From Leptogorgia sarmentosa (Eukaryota), in the NCBI GenBank assembly GCA_964658305.1, contig OZ210885.1, positions 7,192,001 to 7,256,000 on the forward strand: a DNA stretch of 64,000 nt. The letters run 5' to 3'. Positions 13,649-26,900 of this stretch are shown piece after piece; the first letter of the stretch is position 1, and the number at the start of each line of letters is the position of its first letter. Under the pieces are notes generated by a model. That model had not been told where the DNA came from and made no database searches. It worked only from the letters and a program-made list of their open reading frames with translations. The translations under genes and the position numbers were made by a program.

Positions 13649-16600
13649 ATGACCTGCAGTACAATTTAATACTTAGTAGTTATTACTGCATGTTTAGAAA
13701 CATTATGGGATAAATTATAAGTTTCTACTTTCCACAAACAATTATACTAATACATATAATACCTGTACATTCTCCATACAAGGCTGATTCCATAATATAT
13801 AATCAGAAGTCAGCAGCCCTATTTTGTTTGCGATTTAAAGTACTGTAACAGTGAGTGTTTAATACTGTTATTAAAAGTGTTTAAAAATCTGATTTCAAGG
13901 TTGAAACTTGAAACACTGATAAAACTCATAAAAGAATTAAATCGCAGTGGCAAAATAATCTGTTCTTGAAACATACATTACAAATGCAAATCAGTTATGG
14001 TAATTTACGATACAATATACAAGTACTTACCAATTACTGATAAAAAGCTTTCAATTTATTTTCATTCACACGAATTCACGAATGACGAAGAAAATGGTTC
14101 CACTTGTCCAAAACTAAAATTCCATTTCTTACCTTATTTTTTAATTATAAATAACTCCGTTTAGGGTGCCCCCTTGGAAGGGAATCGCCTGGGTGCCCGC
14201 GGCTCTGCCCACCTAGAGCTCATAGGAGTTACGCCACTGACTCACTGCATGATACATGGTATGCTATTATTCATGATCACTGAATCACACCAGACCAATA
14301 TATTTTGTTATTGCAAAGCAAATTATATATTTAAATTATCACAGAACCCTGTGAACATCAGACAGTTTGATGCCAGTGAGATATATTTTTGCCTCCATCT
14401 TGACCGAGTATAAAATCGATGTATTAACAGGGATTGTTCATTGATATTAAAGCTCTTTTGGTTTAGATTAATCGGAAATTGAAGCAAGCGATTTAAAAGG
14501 TAAAATATTCGTAATTAGAAACTCGAGATATCATAATTTATGATAATGTCTGTATGTTACTAAATATCGATGTACATGCAGTCTTATTTGTAAAGATACA
14601 TTTTGTGAGCCGAGTTTATAAGATCTTCACTTTTTATAAAGAGTACATTTATAAATTAGCAGTTGCACAATTCAAAGTTTTCATATCCTTTCACAGTGAT
14701 TTAGTTTCAGCTTTACCGCACACTGTGAGCATTTTACAAATACGTAGATATGCTTGGAAAATGCTGTACTAAGGAAATACTCCATAATTTTTCTCAATCA
14801 TATTTCAATATAACTATGGTAAATGTTCTGGTTTAAATCTGATTCCGATCTATCTGATGCAACAAAAATGGAATTTGAGGAGGCGGGAAAAAATGACAAC
14901 TCCCTTTGTGTTTTGCTATCATGGAAGTATTTCAAAAATGTGATCATTAGATTAACGTAACACCATTTTAGTGAATTTGTGTCGATCTTTATTCTGTCGT
15001 GGCTGTCGGTATTAATTACTCAATCTAAACTCCGAATGCTACACAATTGTGATCTGAAGTACGTAGCTGTAAAAGACATTTATCCCAAATTACACATAAA
15101 TTTAAATCAGCGAATATTTCAAGACATTCCCATATTGTTGTCAATAATTGAACCTAACTTTAATCAATTTAACTTTAATCAACCTAACTTCGATCACGGC
15201 AGTAGCGCAATGTTGAAATAATTAGGTCATTATTAATTGCTTACACAGAAACGTAGCAACAAATTATGTATTTATTTAGCCTATTCAAAATTAGCATACA
15301 ACTTGTGCGTTGGATTTAGTATACAAAATCAATGCTGCATGTGAATTTTCGGTTTCAATGAAATTGTTGTATCTTGCAGACGACAGTATATAACATCTCC
15401 CTATTACATTTGACTGTATTTTGTTGTTTGGATTGACTGAGTGGAAGCAAGCCATTTGAAAGGTAAATCAAGTCATGTAATTAAAACATCATGCATCTGA
15501 CCGTACCCGCAATATATCTTGCTCTGTTTTCAAAAGAGTATTTATTGAGGCGACAAGGTTTCTTACTCACAGAGTTTTTTCAAGAGCATTCTTCGGATGG
15601 AGTGATATAATTATTCAAGCAATGATGCGTCATCTTTGTGATCATATTTCAGCATAGTCGTGGTTGTCGTTTCAACCTAATCAGAACCTCTCCCCTATAG
15701 TCCTAACCCTATAGGAAACCCTAGCCCTAACCCAAGCCCTAACCCCATCCTGTTCTGTCGGATGGAATAAAAATGAGATTTGTGAAATGCGAAAGAATAA
15801 TCAAACGTCGTATGTGTCTGGGTATTATTACTTGAATGATGTGATTACTAAATCTGATGAAATCATGATCAACAAATAATTTATATACGAATATAAAAAG
15901 ATATATGGTATACTGCGGATTGAAGAGTTAATTAACTCGAATGTGAAAAGTTCCCCCGGGGAAATACCATTTTGGTGAATTTCATTCAATTAATTGTCCT
16001 ACGGTTTACTGTATTCCTTCCATAACTCAAGCTAAACTGCATGTGAAGAGTACTAAATAAGATCCAAGATTCAGCACATTGTCCTATGGATATATGCGAC
16101 AACACAATTTTATTGCTATTATACCTTCGCTCTACCCTTACGAAAAATACACATGTAAAAACCCCCATGTGAAACACAGTCATGCGGATTTTTCATAAGG
16201 TATGCCAATATAATGGGTATATGCTTGTTCTATACAAAAGTACATGAACAATGTCAGATTTGACATATTTGTATCAACCTTAGCTATATCCATAGGGAAT
16301 TATTAATGAGACTGAAATAATTATAATATTTTATAAAAGTGGCGGAAACACAACAAAAGCCTTCCCTGCATGATGTATTGAAGCACTGTTGGTCATTTTA
16401 AATCACTTAAGTCTAGAACAATCTTGTTATTCAAACTAAACTATGTATTAAAGCATTTGCTGTATTAATAAGCTTGGTTTTAATAGAATTTTCCTGTCTT
16501 GCAGATGAGGGAATGAAAGCGCAGTATTGTTGTGTGAATTGATGGTGTTATTTTAAAATATCGTCACGATTCACCAAATTGAAGTGAACGTCGACAAAGG

Positions 16601-17449
16601 TGATTATTTATCATGTTATCGCTTTAGTTTGTTTTTAAACTGATAATATCATGTTTTATATATTCTAATTTATCATCACTTACATATGTTTGCCGCACCC
16701 TGCGAGCACATCACAAATATTCAAGTATCAGTTATTTTATACAAAGCAAGCGCATGTGGGGATCTAATAAAACTCGACTACAAGAGCTTGAAATGGCTTA
16801 AAAAGCGAGCCATTAAAGCTAAAGTGCATACAAATTAACATAAAAGTTTATGACATACTTGTAATAGTCCTTAGGTATAGAATTACTACATGACGCAAAG
16901 TTGAAGGGCCGGCTTATATGATCCCACTCAACCGGGATTCAATGAAACATCAAAGGATCTTGAGGTATTGAAATGAGTGAAGCGTTTATGGAACAGACAA
17001 CCAAAGTTGACACATTTTTGTACTTGTCAGCAAAGAAGTATTTTTTTTGAAAATTTGGTGCCAAACAACATTATATTTGTCTTTTTGATATGTAAAGAGA
17101 AAGAAATCTTGGGCAACCAACAGTTCGACATAAAATAACTAATCAATTATGACAATTTTCAATACCTCAAAATCGAAGTGTCTTTGTTTCCTGATGAGTG
17201 GTGTAGGCCTAGCTTGTAGGCCTAGTTTATAGTTACGTCGCTCTTACACCAAACTTTCGTCCGCAGAATCACCGCAGTTCCCGATATGAGGAAGACGAAA
17301 ACAAATTTTTGGTAATTTCCCAATGAGTTCACAGGTTGTACAAAAAACCCCAAACTATCAAAAATGAATTATTCAGAATTTCAAATTCTCAATGGTCCAG
17401 CACTAAGCTGAGTGTGCAGTGTACGTGTCCCAAAGAAAATTTCCCTTTA

Positions 17450-17984
17450 GGGAGTGTTCATTATTTATAACCGGGGTTGGTACCGAAGAGAAACTAATTT
17501 AAAAGAGAAAAAATCTGTCACCCAACCATTTAGCTGACCACGTTTTTTCCTACCCAACCTTTGCATCGCTTGAATTTTTAATTTACCCAACCTAATTTCT
17601 AGCAGCTATTCTACCATATATTTTGAACTTTTGTACCGATACGTTCATATTATGTTACCACTTACCAAGCCTCCAAGTTCCTACACTTCTGCCATATGAA
17701 AATGGAAATTTTTTTCGGATATTGTAAGTGTATATATGAAATATGCACATGTGAACAAGGGGATGAGGGATTTTATTTCCAATATCCTCTTGTGGGAGAT
17801 GTATGGATATTCTCTGGCATATGTTTAGTTAATAAAGATTTGTGTTGAAATCTAAATAATTTACCCAACCATTAGCTTTGTTCAGAAAAGAAATTTATAC
17901 CAAACCCTTTACACTCTGGAAAAATGGCTTACCCAACCCATTTCTCTTCGGTACCAACCCCGGGTATAAATAATGAACACTCCC
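17450..17984. mobile_element. PIF/Harbinger-like non-autonomous element
   Basis: About 44-bp TIRs GGGAGTGTTCATTATTTATA...; flanks TTA/TCA; subterminal TACCCAACC motifs; related to 54400-55115. Confidence 0.8.
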
Positions 17985-19205
17985 TCATCGAAATCAGCTC
18001 TCTTTTTGTTAAACATGCGTTTTCTTACCTTTGAGAATTTAATTGAATGGTACATGAACGAAGTAGCTATTTAAAACAATTCCCTTCTGACCCTTCATGA
18101 AAGCAAATTGACGCGATGGTAGAGTTAAACAAAATGAGTTCACAAATTTAACGTTATTTTCCACAAATATTCGATCGTCGCCTGTACACAGTTGAACCAT
18201 TATTTTGACTCGAACTGACCGCAAAACTAAGATGTAGTTGTACGTGTTCGTGTTTCTGTACGTGTTAAGCCCGTTTTCCACTTCAAGCGTATCGTAACGT
18301 AACGGAGAATTTTGTTTTCGGTCGAAGTCATTAGATCCACTTCACTGCTCAGGAAACAAAGACATACGCTACGTTTCGGCACGATTCGGTTGAAGTGGAT
18401 CTTCCCATTCTGTTACCCATGATCTGAGATCTTGCCATGTTCTTGCCAAGATTGTATTATCATTCAATCATGATCTTGTAAGTTCCTGGCATAACACATG
18501 TTAAAGGCCTCGACAAAATTTTCCCAGAATGTTGCAAGATTCATGGAAGATTTATCTTCATAACGTCTCGCCTTGTGTGATCAGCAGAAGATTCGACGTT
18601 TTGAGCGAAGGCCCTTCGTTGGGAGTTACTTAATTACAAATTGCCGCCGGAAGGGGGACCTTTACTTGAAATGTCAAATGTGTCGTTTAAGTAGAACCTT
18701 TCTTTGCTGTCTGTTGATGTTGTTATCAGCTTTTCTTTGAAGTTCGAGATCTTGTCATAATCTTTCTGGTCATCACATGTTGTTGTTGGCAAAAACAAGC
18801 ATGGGAAAAGTTTATTCTGATTAAAAAAGTGGTCTCTGATGCTTAAAATGTATATATACGGATGTGTATATGTGAATGTATTTCTATCGTATGCCTTTTG
18901 GTGATGTATAGTGCTTGTATTTACTAATGATTTTTGGCTATTTGTGGACAACAACATTTTATTGATTTTGTAACTCAATTTGATGATGTAATAAACGGTT
19001 AAACGGTTAAAACTTCAATATGTGGCCAGGTTGTGAATAACAACATGAAAAGACAACGAAAGTCCTACTGACTACATAACGTTACAATAAGATTCAATGT
19101 TTCGAGATTCAATGTTTTCGCATTATAGCCTCTTTTCGGAAAAGCTGAATGAATATAGTACTTTCCAACGGTAAATAATGCCGGCTGCATGCCAATATTT
19201 CCTAT

Positions 19206-19516
19206 CATAGGCGTACGAGGCGGGGGGCTGGGGGGGCTGCAATTTTTGGGCAATATACTTCGGTATTTTGGGCAATATATTTAAATATTTCGTTTTTTTG
19301 GGCAATATGTTTAAAAAAATTTAATATAACAAAATTTTTCATGGCATAACAGCTATTTATACACGTACTTATCGGAAAAAGATTTGGCGACGGGGGGGGG
19401 GGGGAGGGAGAGACGGGAGGGAGAGACGGGAGGGAGAGACGGGAGGGAGAGACTTAAATATGTTTTTAAAGTACAATTGACGCGTTTGAAAAATTTTACG
19501 GGCAAATACGCCTATG
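19206..19516. mobile_element. hAT-type MITE
   Basis: TIR CATAGGCGTA; TSD TTTCCTAT/TTGCCTAT; internal GGGAGGGAGAGAC repeats. Confidence 0.75.
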
Positions 19517-20689
19517 TTGCCTATATTTTTATACTCGATAAAACACTGTAATACCGAATTTGTGACCACGAAAACCGTAAGCGAAAGGCAAAAACCATAT
19601 TTTTTTGCGTTTGTAGGGAAGTTCAATTCAAATTTGTCATTTGAGTTCAACGTTAAATTCAACTTTTCTGATGGTAGGATCGTATTAAGGTAGAAAGGTA
19701 TGTAAGAAACAACATTGACAGATAGATTATAGAATCCTTTATTTTAAGCATTTGAATAAGGCCCTTAATCGAGCAAAACGAGCATCACTATTGATTACAC
19801 CGATATTCTTCTGTCTCGCGTATCCCGGGAGTCTGCAAGTATTCTACTGTGCACCTGAGGCCATCCTTATTGTACACTAAATCTTGTTTCACTGCTATAC
19901 AATATTTAAATAATTGCTACTATCACTGTTGTGCGAAGACTCTTGATTGACAAATTTGTACCATATCCAACAAGAAATTTTTTGCCAAAAACACATCCTA
20001 AAAGATCAAAGTAATGAAACTTTTTTTTTGACTTTATGATATATTTCTGATTTCTCTAGGAACAATCTTTACTCCGGAGGCCTCTTGTGGAAATCAACCT
20101 AAGTTTTTGGTAAGTGTGTTAGTGTATATAATTTTTCAACGACTTATCTACCAATCTAGTACCTCTGCACAACGGACGTTGTTGGTATATTAGTTTTTTG
20201 ATGTGTTGGCGTAACCTATAGCTAAAATATGTAATGTTGGTTGACCTCATTCATCGTCCGTAATTCATCAACTATTTTAAATCCTCGCTTCGACAACCCA
20301 CGGTTGATCCTACGAGATCATGTCGAGATTCCTTCATGATCCAATCGTGATTTGTCAAATGCTGGTATCATATACAAAGACCTTGAGCCATGGTGTTAGG
20401 AGAAAACATCGTATAAATGGGGCTGTTGTTTTGTATGTATTGTTGAATAACGATTTATTTAAAAATATATAACTCAAGTAAGCTAGTTGACGGAACTTCG
20501 GGTCGTTCTTGGGGGACTGGTGAAGTTGAGGGTATTTGACTTACTCTATTCCGGGACTGTCCTCTTCGACTCACGAGCCACACATCCTCATCGCTATCAT
20601 AGTCGTCACTCGTTTGGCTAATTCGGTCTCATTTCCTTCCGTTGCTGACTTCTAACACTCATGACGTCCGACTTTCCATCCTTGAAACC

Positions 20690-21170
20690 CTTTGTCATCT
20701 GGTCTTGTTGACGCACGATGCAAGGTTTCAACCGGTTGAATCAAACGACAACGCGCTTTCGTCCTTTTCCATCTCTTTGGATCCGGTAAACTACATCGGA
20801 CAAAACCTTGATAACGATATAAGGACTTTCCCATGGTCGTGAAAGCTTCTCGGATATTCCCTTCTTCGTAGCTGAATTATATAACCATACTTTGTCACCA
20901 ACCTTGTAAGGAGTTATTATGTTATATCGCTTGGTCGCTTGTTGGCTGTTGCAATTTCTTTTGTGCCATTTCATGGGTCTGGTGCCTGGTGGAACTTTCC
21001 TACCATATCTTTCAGGGTGCGGTTACACCGTTCAACTATCCATCACTCTGGGGATGCTAAGGTTTCGTACGCGTTTTGCTTACACCAAATATATCCGTCA
21101 TAGCCTGAAAAATCTTGCTCACGAATTCTCTTCTTTGATCTGTATGGAGATACTGCATCACGCCATATAT
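20690..21170 (-). pseudogene. Ty3/Gypsy integrase remnant
   Basis: YLHTDQRREFVSKIF...FGVSKTRT (core) and YKVGDKVWLYN...KLSRPWESPYIVIKVLSDVVYRIQ...*FNRLKPC (GPY/F region), broken by stops, frameshifts and deletions. Confidence 0.85.
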
Positions 21171-21883
21171 CCGCCCGCAAGCTGTTTGAAGTTTCATTTC
21201 AAACCACTTGCTCTTGGGTCCTTGTCGAACCTTGTCGAAATGTAAAATTGCTTGCAAATGTTCTCAAAATCAAAATATCTAATTCCGTCAATCGACCGGG
21301 AATGCACTTTGATGGCGTTATGAACACAAATTTCATGGATTTCATGGCGTTATGAACTTCTGATGCCAATGGATGCATACAATAGCATTTACACCACTGA
21401 AGTGGAAATTGAACAAATTGATGATGAAGTTGACCTCCGTATATACATATATACGCCGTGTGTATGTATATACGAGATATTTTACATGATTTCAACATAT
21501 ACCAGACAATATTTAACCAGGTAAATATGCATGTTAAAAATCGGGTTCTGTTTCGCATCGTTTGGCTCTCTTTGGCGGTTTGGCCGGAAGTTGTACTGAT
21601 TTGCCGCCGGAAGTTATCGACTCTTTCACAGGCCCTTCGACTACGTGCGCGGCTCGACACAAAAAAAAATACGAGTCGAATTTATGACCTCGGTCTCGTA
21701 CCGACCCGAGGTAACAATCGTTTGCTATCTATCATAATCAAATTCAACGTTCTGCGTCGCTCTGACTTTCGTCTCCATGCATCCCCAATCTATATTTTTC
21801 TTCTTTTATATAATGGAGTTTTTCTAACTCTTGCACAAACAATCCATTTCAGCTGCCAAGGCGCGCGTTCCAGCATAAGCTAT

Positions 21884-22420
21884 TTAACAATTAGACAACG
21901 AGGCCGAGTTGTCTATGAGAGAATACTCAACGAGGACGAAGTCCGAGTTGACTATTTGCTCATAGACAACAAGGCCGAGGTGTCTAATTGTTTTAGTATA
22001 CACTCTATGCCCAGAATTATTTATATGAAGAAAATTCTTCAGAAACCTCAGCAAAACGCGAGTTTTCTGCAGTAGCCATATTGTTCTCCTTTGCTTTTTC
22101 GCGAACCGTGGTCTATCACAGATTAGTAGAATCATACTCGTATACTATTGCAAATGCTGGAATTTGATTGGCTACTCTACTCGCTATCTATTCCTCGATA
22201 GATAGCGAGTAGCAAAATATGTGAATTTTCGTTCAAGAAAATGTCTTCTGAGACGCGGTTTTAAATTATTTTTTGCAATATTTTCATGTTTGATCTCTGA
22301 TTCTACTAAAACAATTAGATTACTCGCTTGCGATTTCTACGAGATGATATAGTTGATTCGGGCTTTGCCCTCATCAACTATCACCTCATAGAAATCTCGA
22401 GCTCGTAATCTAATTGTTAA
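21884..22420. repeat. Composite repeat bounded by two oppositely oriented palindromes
   Basis: TTAACAATTAGA...TCTAATTGTTTTAGTA (21884-21998) and TACTAAAACAATTAGA...TCTAATTGTTAA (22304-22420). Confidence 0.65.
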
Positions 22421-23233
22421 ATAGACGACGGCTGAGTAGCCAATCATAATGTAGCATTTGTAATAGACGATGGTTGGATGCATGTATACTAATTAACATT
22501 ATTCAGTTTACCTCATTTCCTACGCGCGCATTCGTACAAACAACTTTTTACTTGGCACAAACAAACATGTTTGCGCCAACAAATCTCTACATGTTTCATG
22601 TTTTTAACCACTGATAGTTAATCTTATTGTTATGTTTTTACTTGCATAACTTCCTCGACAAGTCTAGTTCCAGTTCCTGACATGTACAGTTGTCATGTCT
22701 CAAACCTTATAGACCTTATATGTAGCAGTTCACATTTCATTCGGTGTCAGGATCTTCCGGCGCAAGGACGCGTTTTGTACCCAAATAGGTAAACGAATTT
22801 CGAAGTCTCGTCTGGAATTCTTCGGAACGCCTTTTGGAACGTGTTCCGAACGCTTACGGAACGAAAACCCAGTCTTAGGATACTTTTGAGCAGTACCGTA
22901 TGCAACTAATTTTGAAAAATGATTTAGATTTTTCTACAACTGCGAATTATTTAACTTCGTACATTTTGTACTGCAGGCTCAATGAAATTCGGAATAAGCG
23001 CATGCTATGACAACATTTTGAAAATGGGTCGTGGCATTCACTAACTTCACGTGATATGGGCCAATTCAAAATACTTGACATTACATTTTCCAGTTTTTCG
23101 TGCAATTTTTTTTGTTTCGATGCCTGTAAAGTGAGATGAGAAGAACATTCAATAACTTTATCTTGGACTCAAGACTGCTATATATTATATTGACATTCGT
23201 TTTTGTTGTTTAGAATCGATCGAAAACTGAAAA

Positions 23234-23929
23234 ATGGATCCATTACAAGCACAAGCAAATTATTCTAAGGTATGTCAACTGTTGATAAACCAAGGAGGTG
23301 AAGCGTTGAGACGTGTTTTACAAACTAAGATACGTACAAGTCCCCCACCTTCAACGTTAGATTCCGTTTTGAATACCCACAAGACATCCTTACAGAAGAT
23401 AAGATACAGTGTAATCAACGCCGCACAATGGAAATTGCTCTTTCCAGCATCAGGCTCAGCAGATTCAAACAACTTTGATATAACGTTGCTCACTGTCTTA
23501 CTTCGAAATGTTTGTGGATTATCTTCACCAGCGGCAGGTTGGAACTTAATGCCTCCAGCTAGTGATACGTCCATATCAGCGGACATTTTGCGAATGAAAA
23601 TGTTTAGAAATGAGGTCTACGGTCACATATCAAGTGCCCAATTAGACGACACCAAGTTTGAAACATTGTGGCAAGAAATTTCACAACCTTTGATAAAGTT
23701 AGGAATTTCTCAACAAGATATTGATGAATTAAAGGAAGCTCCTCTCAGTCCTGAAGAAGAAAGTTATATTGCAAAGTTAAAGAAGTGGAAAGAGTCCGAA
23801 GATGAACTTATCGCGAAACTGAATGACGTTGAAGAAGAATTCATTATTGTGAAGAAAAAGGTAGTCGAAATAGGAGATTCAGTGGCCAATGTTGAAAGTG
23901 AAGTTGTCAAGTTTTGCGAACTGTGGTAG
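23234..23929 (+). CDS. DZIP3/hRUL138-type HEPN domain plus coiled coil; N-terminal part of a frameshifted NLR-like gene
   Basis: NYSKVCQLL...QWKLLFP...FDITLLTVLLRNVCGL...GW...DILRMKMFRNEVYGH (Rx5H, 23606-23626); heptad-rich C-terminus; splice acceptor ttttgttgtttAG at about 23213, upstream of the ATG. Confidence 0.85.
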   Translation: MDPLQAQANYSKVCQLLINQGGEALRRVLQTKIRTSPPPSTLDSVLNTHKTSLQKIRYSVINAAQWKLLFPASGSADSNNFDITLLTVLLRNVCGLSSPAAGWNLMPPASDTSISADILRMKMFRNEVYGHISSAQLDDTKFETLWQEISQPLIKLGISQQDIDELKEAPLSPEEESYIAKLKKWKESEDELIAKLNDVEEEFIIVKKKVVEIGDSVANVESEVVKFCELW

Positions 23930-26900
23930 AAAATGTAAAATCTTCAGAAACAGACAAATTAGCTAAATTTGTCTTTAAAGGAAAGATTGACAAGCTTAGT
24001 CAAATATTTCAAGAAGGGACCAGAAAATGGTTTTTTGACGTCTTTGAAAAATGGTTTCACGATACGAAATCGAGAGTTATGATCCTAAATGGAGGTCCCG
24101 GCGTTGGGAAAAGCGTTCTGTCGGCAAAATTATGTGAGTTGTATGAAGAGAGTGGCCAGCTTGCTGGTTGTCATTTTTGTGACTTTAAAACGCGTGATTA
24201 CAGAGATCCTCTCAAAATTCTCCAATCTCTTGCAAGTCAAATGTGCGACAATGTTCATGGATTTCGTGATAAACTAAACGAAGTGCTTTCACGAGAACAT
24301 TCCCGGGACTCGCTGCCAGATGCATTTCGCGTTCTTTTAAGCGATCCATTGCATGCTCTGGACAGAACTGAGCCAATGCTGATCGTTGTGGATGCCTTGG
24401 ACGAGAGCAAAACTTCCACCAAAAGTGAATTTTTGGACTTCATATCAGATGAATTTTCCCAACTGCCCAAATGGATCAAGATATTCATCTCAACTCGGCC
24501 TGAATTGAAAGTGAGAGAAAAACTTGAGCATTTGAATCCGGTGGAAATAAATCCGCATCACGAGCAACACAATCGTGACTTGGGGCAATTTATTCAGCGC
24601 CATTTGCCGAAGATTAATGAGAGAAATATGAAATCACTTATCTTGAAGTGTGAGGGTTCCTTTTTGTATGCCTATTACTTAGTGAACGAGGTAAACCAGG
24701 TATATTCCGAAAATAACCCAAACATAAATGTAAATGTCCCAAAAGGTATTTCCGGATTTTACGAAAAACAGTTCGAACGTTTGAAGAAAGACCTCCAGTG
24801 TTACGAGCAGAAAACAAAGGTAAGTATTTTTAGAAATTTTATAAATGTTGTTGCCGCCTCTGAAAAGCCTCTTCCTTTCAGGTTTCTTTTTTTATGCATG
24901 GATTTATTCAGTGAACAGTTTGAAGTGCGTAAGACCATTGTTGGGATAATGTCAGAAATTCTTCCGGTTTACGATGAGTGTCTAACTGTTTTTCATAAGT
25001 CATTGTGGGATTGGCTGAGATTAGATGGGTATGACGAGCATGCGTATGCTGCAGATGTTGCAGACGGAAAAAAACGTCTTTGGGGTGCTTGTAAGAAGGT
25101 GTACGCGGATATCATTTCGTTAAGTTCAGTTTCGGATTTTAAAATTTCACAAGAGAAAAAATATGCTTTGGAGAATGGTTGGGATTACTTGTTGAGTGTT
25201 GACGACATGGAGGATTTCCATTGGTTGGTGAATGTTAAGGTGAATTATGTTAAATTCTTACATATAAAAGAAGCTGGAGGACATATGTCTACTGAAGCCA
25301 CTGATATTCTTAAGAAAATCGAATACGGGACTCCTCTTTACTGGCATCTTTTCCAACTTTATACATTCTTAAGAATAAGTGACTATAGTCCTCATTATCA
25401 TAAATATGGAAATTTCTTGTATTTACAAAATCTTGCGAACAAACGCTTTGGTTTAGTCGACAACATTGGTATTTGTGAGGATGCGCGGGAAATATTAAAC
25501 AAGGCAAACATGATTTGGCTGGAAGAAGCGACAGGCGAAGCCGATTCCAGTTTTAGAATTATAACAAATAATTTTCCTGGCCGTTACGAAAAATATGATG
25601 CAATATCACCATCTCCAGACAGCAGGTTGCTGGCAATCCAAAGTTATCAGGAAATAATTGTTTATAATTTACCAAGTCTTACAATCCTTTTCACGATGAA
25701 AATCCTCTCAGTGCATTTGTTCCAAAAACCTGGGAAAATGTTTGTTTCATTTATTGTATTTTCTCCGGATTCCTCCTACTTTTTACTCAATTCACTCCAC
25801 ACTTGTATCTCAATTGAAAATCAAAGTGAAGTTCCTTTCATCCCACATGGTCCTGCTGAAATTCTTTCCTGTGCGTTTTCTTCATGCGGAACGAAACTTG
25901 TTTCATTAGAAGAAGATTCGATTAAATTGTGGGATGTAAGAAACAAAGAGAAATTAGGGGAAACTAAGCATAGTCTTAGTGTCGAAGTGTCAGGTAATAT
26001 TTGCTTCAGTACCTCTGGGTTGTATATCTTTGTTTTCAATGATTATTGTGTTGTGAATGTTTGGGATTCTACTACTTTGTCCGAGGTAAGGACTCAAAAT
26101 CCTCGCTATACTGAAAATCGGAATTGCAATGAAATTATCTGTCCATCCTTTAATAAAAAGCAAGGCTTCCATATCTCCCTTTGCTGGAGCTGCTATAACT
26201 TGCCGAGCGGAGAAAAAATTGGGTTTGCAAACAAATATTGTTCAAAGTCCTTTGCGTGGAAAGGTAGAAAGTGTGTAATGACATTCAGTGGCGGTGTGGC
26301 ATTGGTTGTTTACGATTACATTAACCAACAGGTCGTTGATACGTTTCATCTAAGTTGTTTACCAACCTATGGATCTTATGATTACATATCGAATTTGGGT
26401 GGAAACAATTTCCTTATTTGTTTAGATAGTCGATTCGTGTTTGTTTTGTCGCTAGAAAATTCTTCAGAATTTACAACCTTCCCATTCCGGAACACTATAC
26501 GATTTGCTAAAGCCTGTGCTGCAATATCTCCAGATACGTCATATGTGGCTTTAACTAATAATGCTGCCCCAATTCTGAAAATCATGAACGTTCGAAATGG
26601 GAAGATACTGCAAACTATTGAACTGAAACAATCGCCGTTAGCTTGCTGGTGGTCAAAGTTGTGTCTCTGGGTGGTTTATGAGGGTCTGGTAGTAGTTAAA
26701 TATCCTTATAACGCAACAGAAACACAAATTGTAGGAAATTGTATTCAGGAATGCTCTATCCATGATTTACATGACGTGCATTCGGCGCAACTCCTCGATT
26801 TTGCTAATGACGTGCTTGTCCTTAAAGTCAACGATGAAATTTCCATGTTGAAAGTTCATGAAAAAAATCTGCGAGCTCTAGAAATACTTGACTCCAAGTT

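Larger units (their letters stand above)
10231..14239 (-). mobile_element. Full-length, putatively autonomous hAT DNA transposon (4,009 bp)
   Basis: 11-bp TIR CAGTGGCGTAA at both ends; perfect 8-bp TSD ACTCACTG (10223-10230, 14240-14247); encloses an uninterrupted spliced transposase. Confidence 0.95.

Noticed and set aside
15700..15747. Telomere-like CCCTAA repeats
   Set aside because: Short, degenerate and interstitial; similar motifs occur inside local MITEs.
21458..22075. 205-aa ORF
   Set aside because: No recognisable motif; runs through repeat sequence.
23840..23929. Programmed -1 ribosomal frameshift between HEPN and NACHT
   Set aside because: No X XXY YYZ heptamer in the allowed window 23902-23926, and the A-rich AAGAAAAAG upstream is followed by -1-frame stops at 23893 and 23899.
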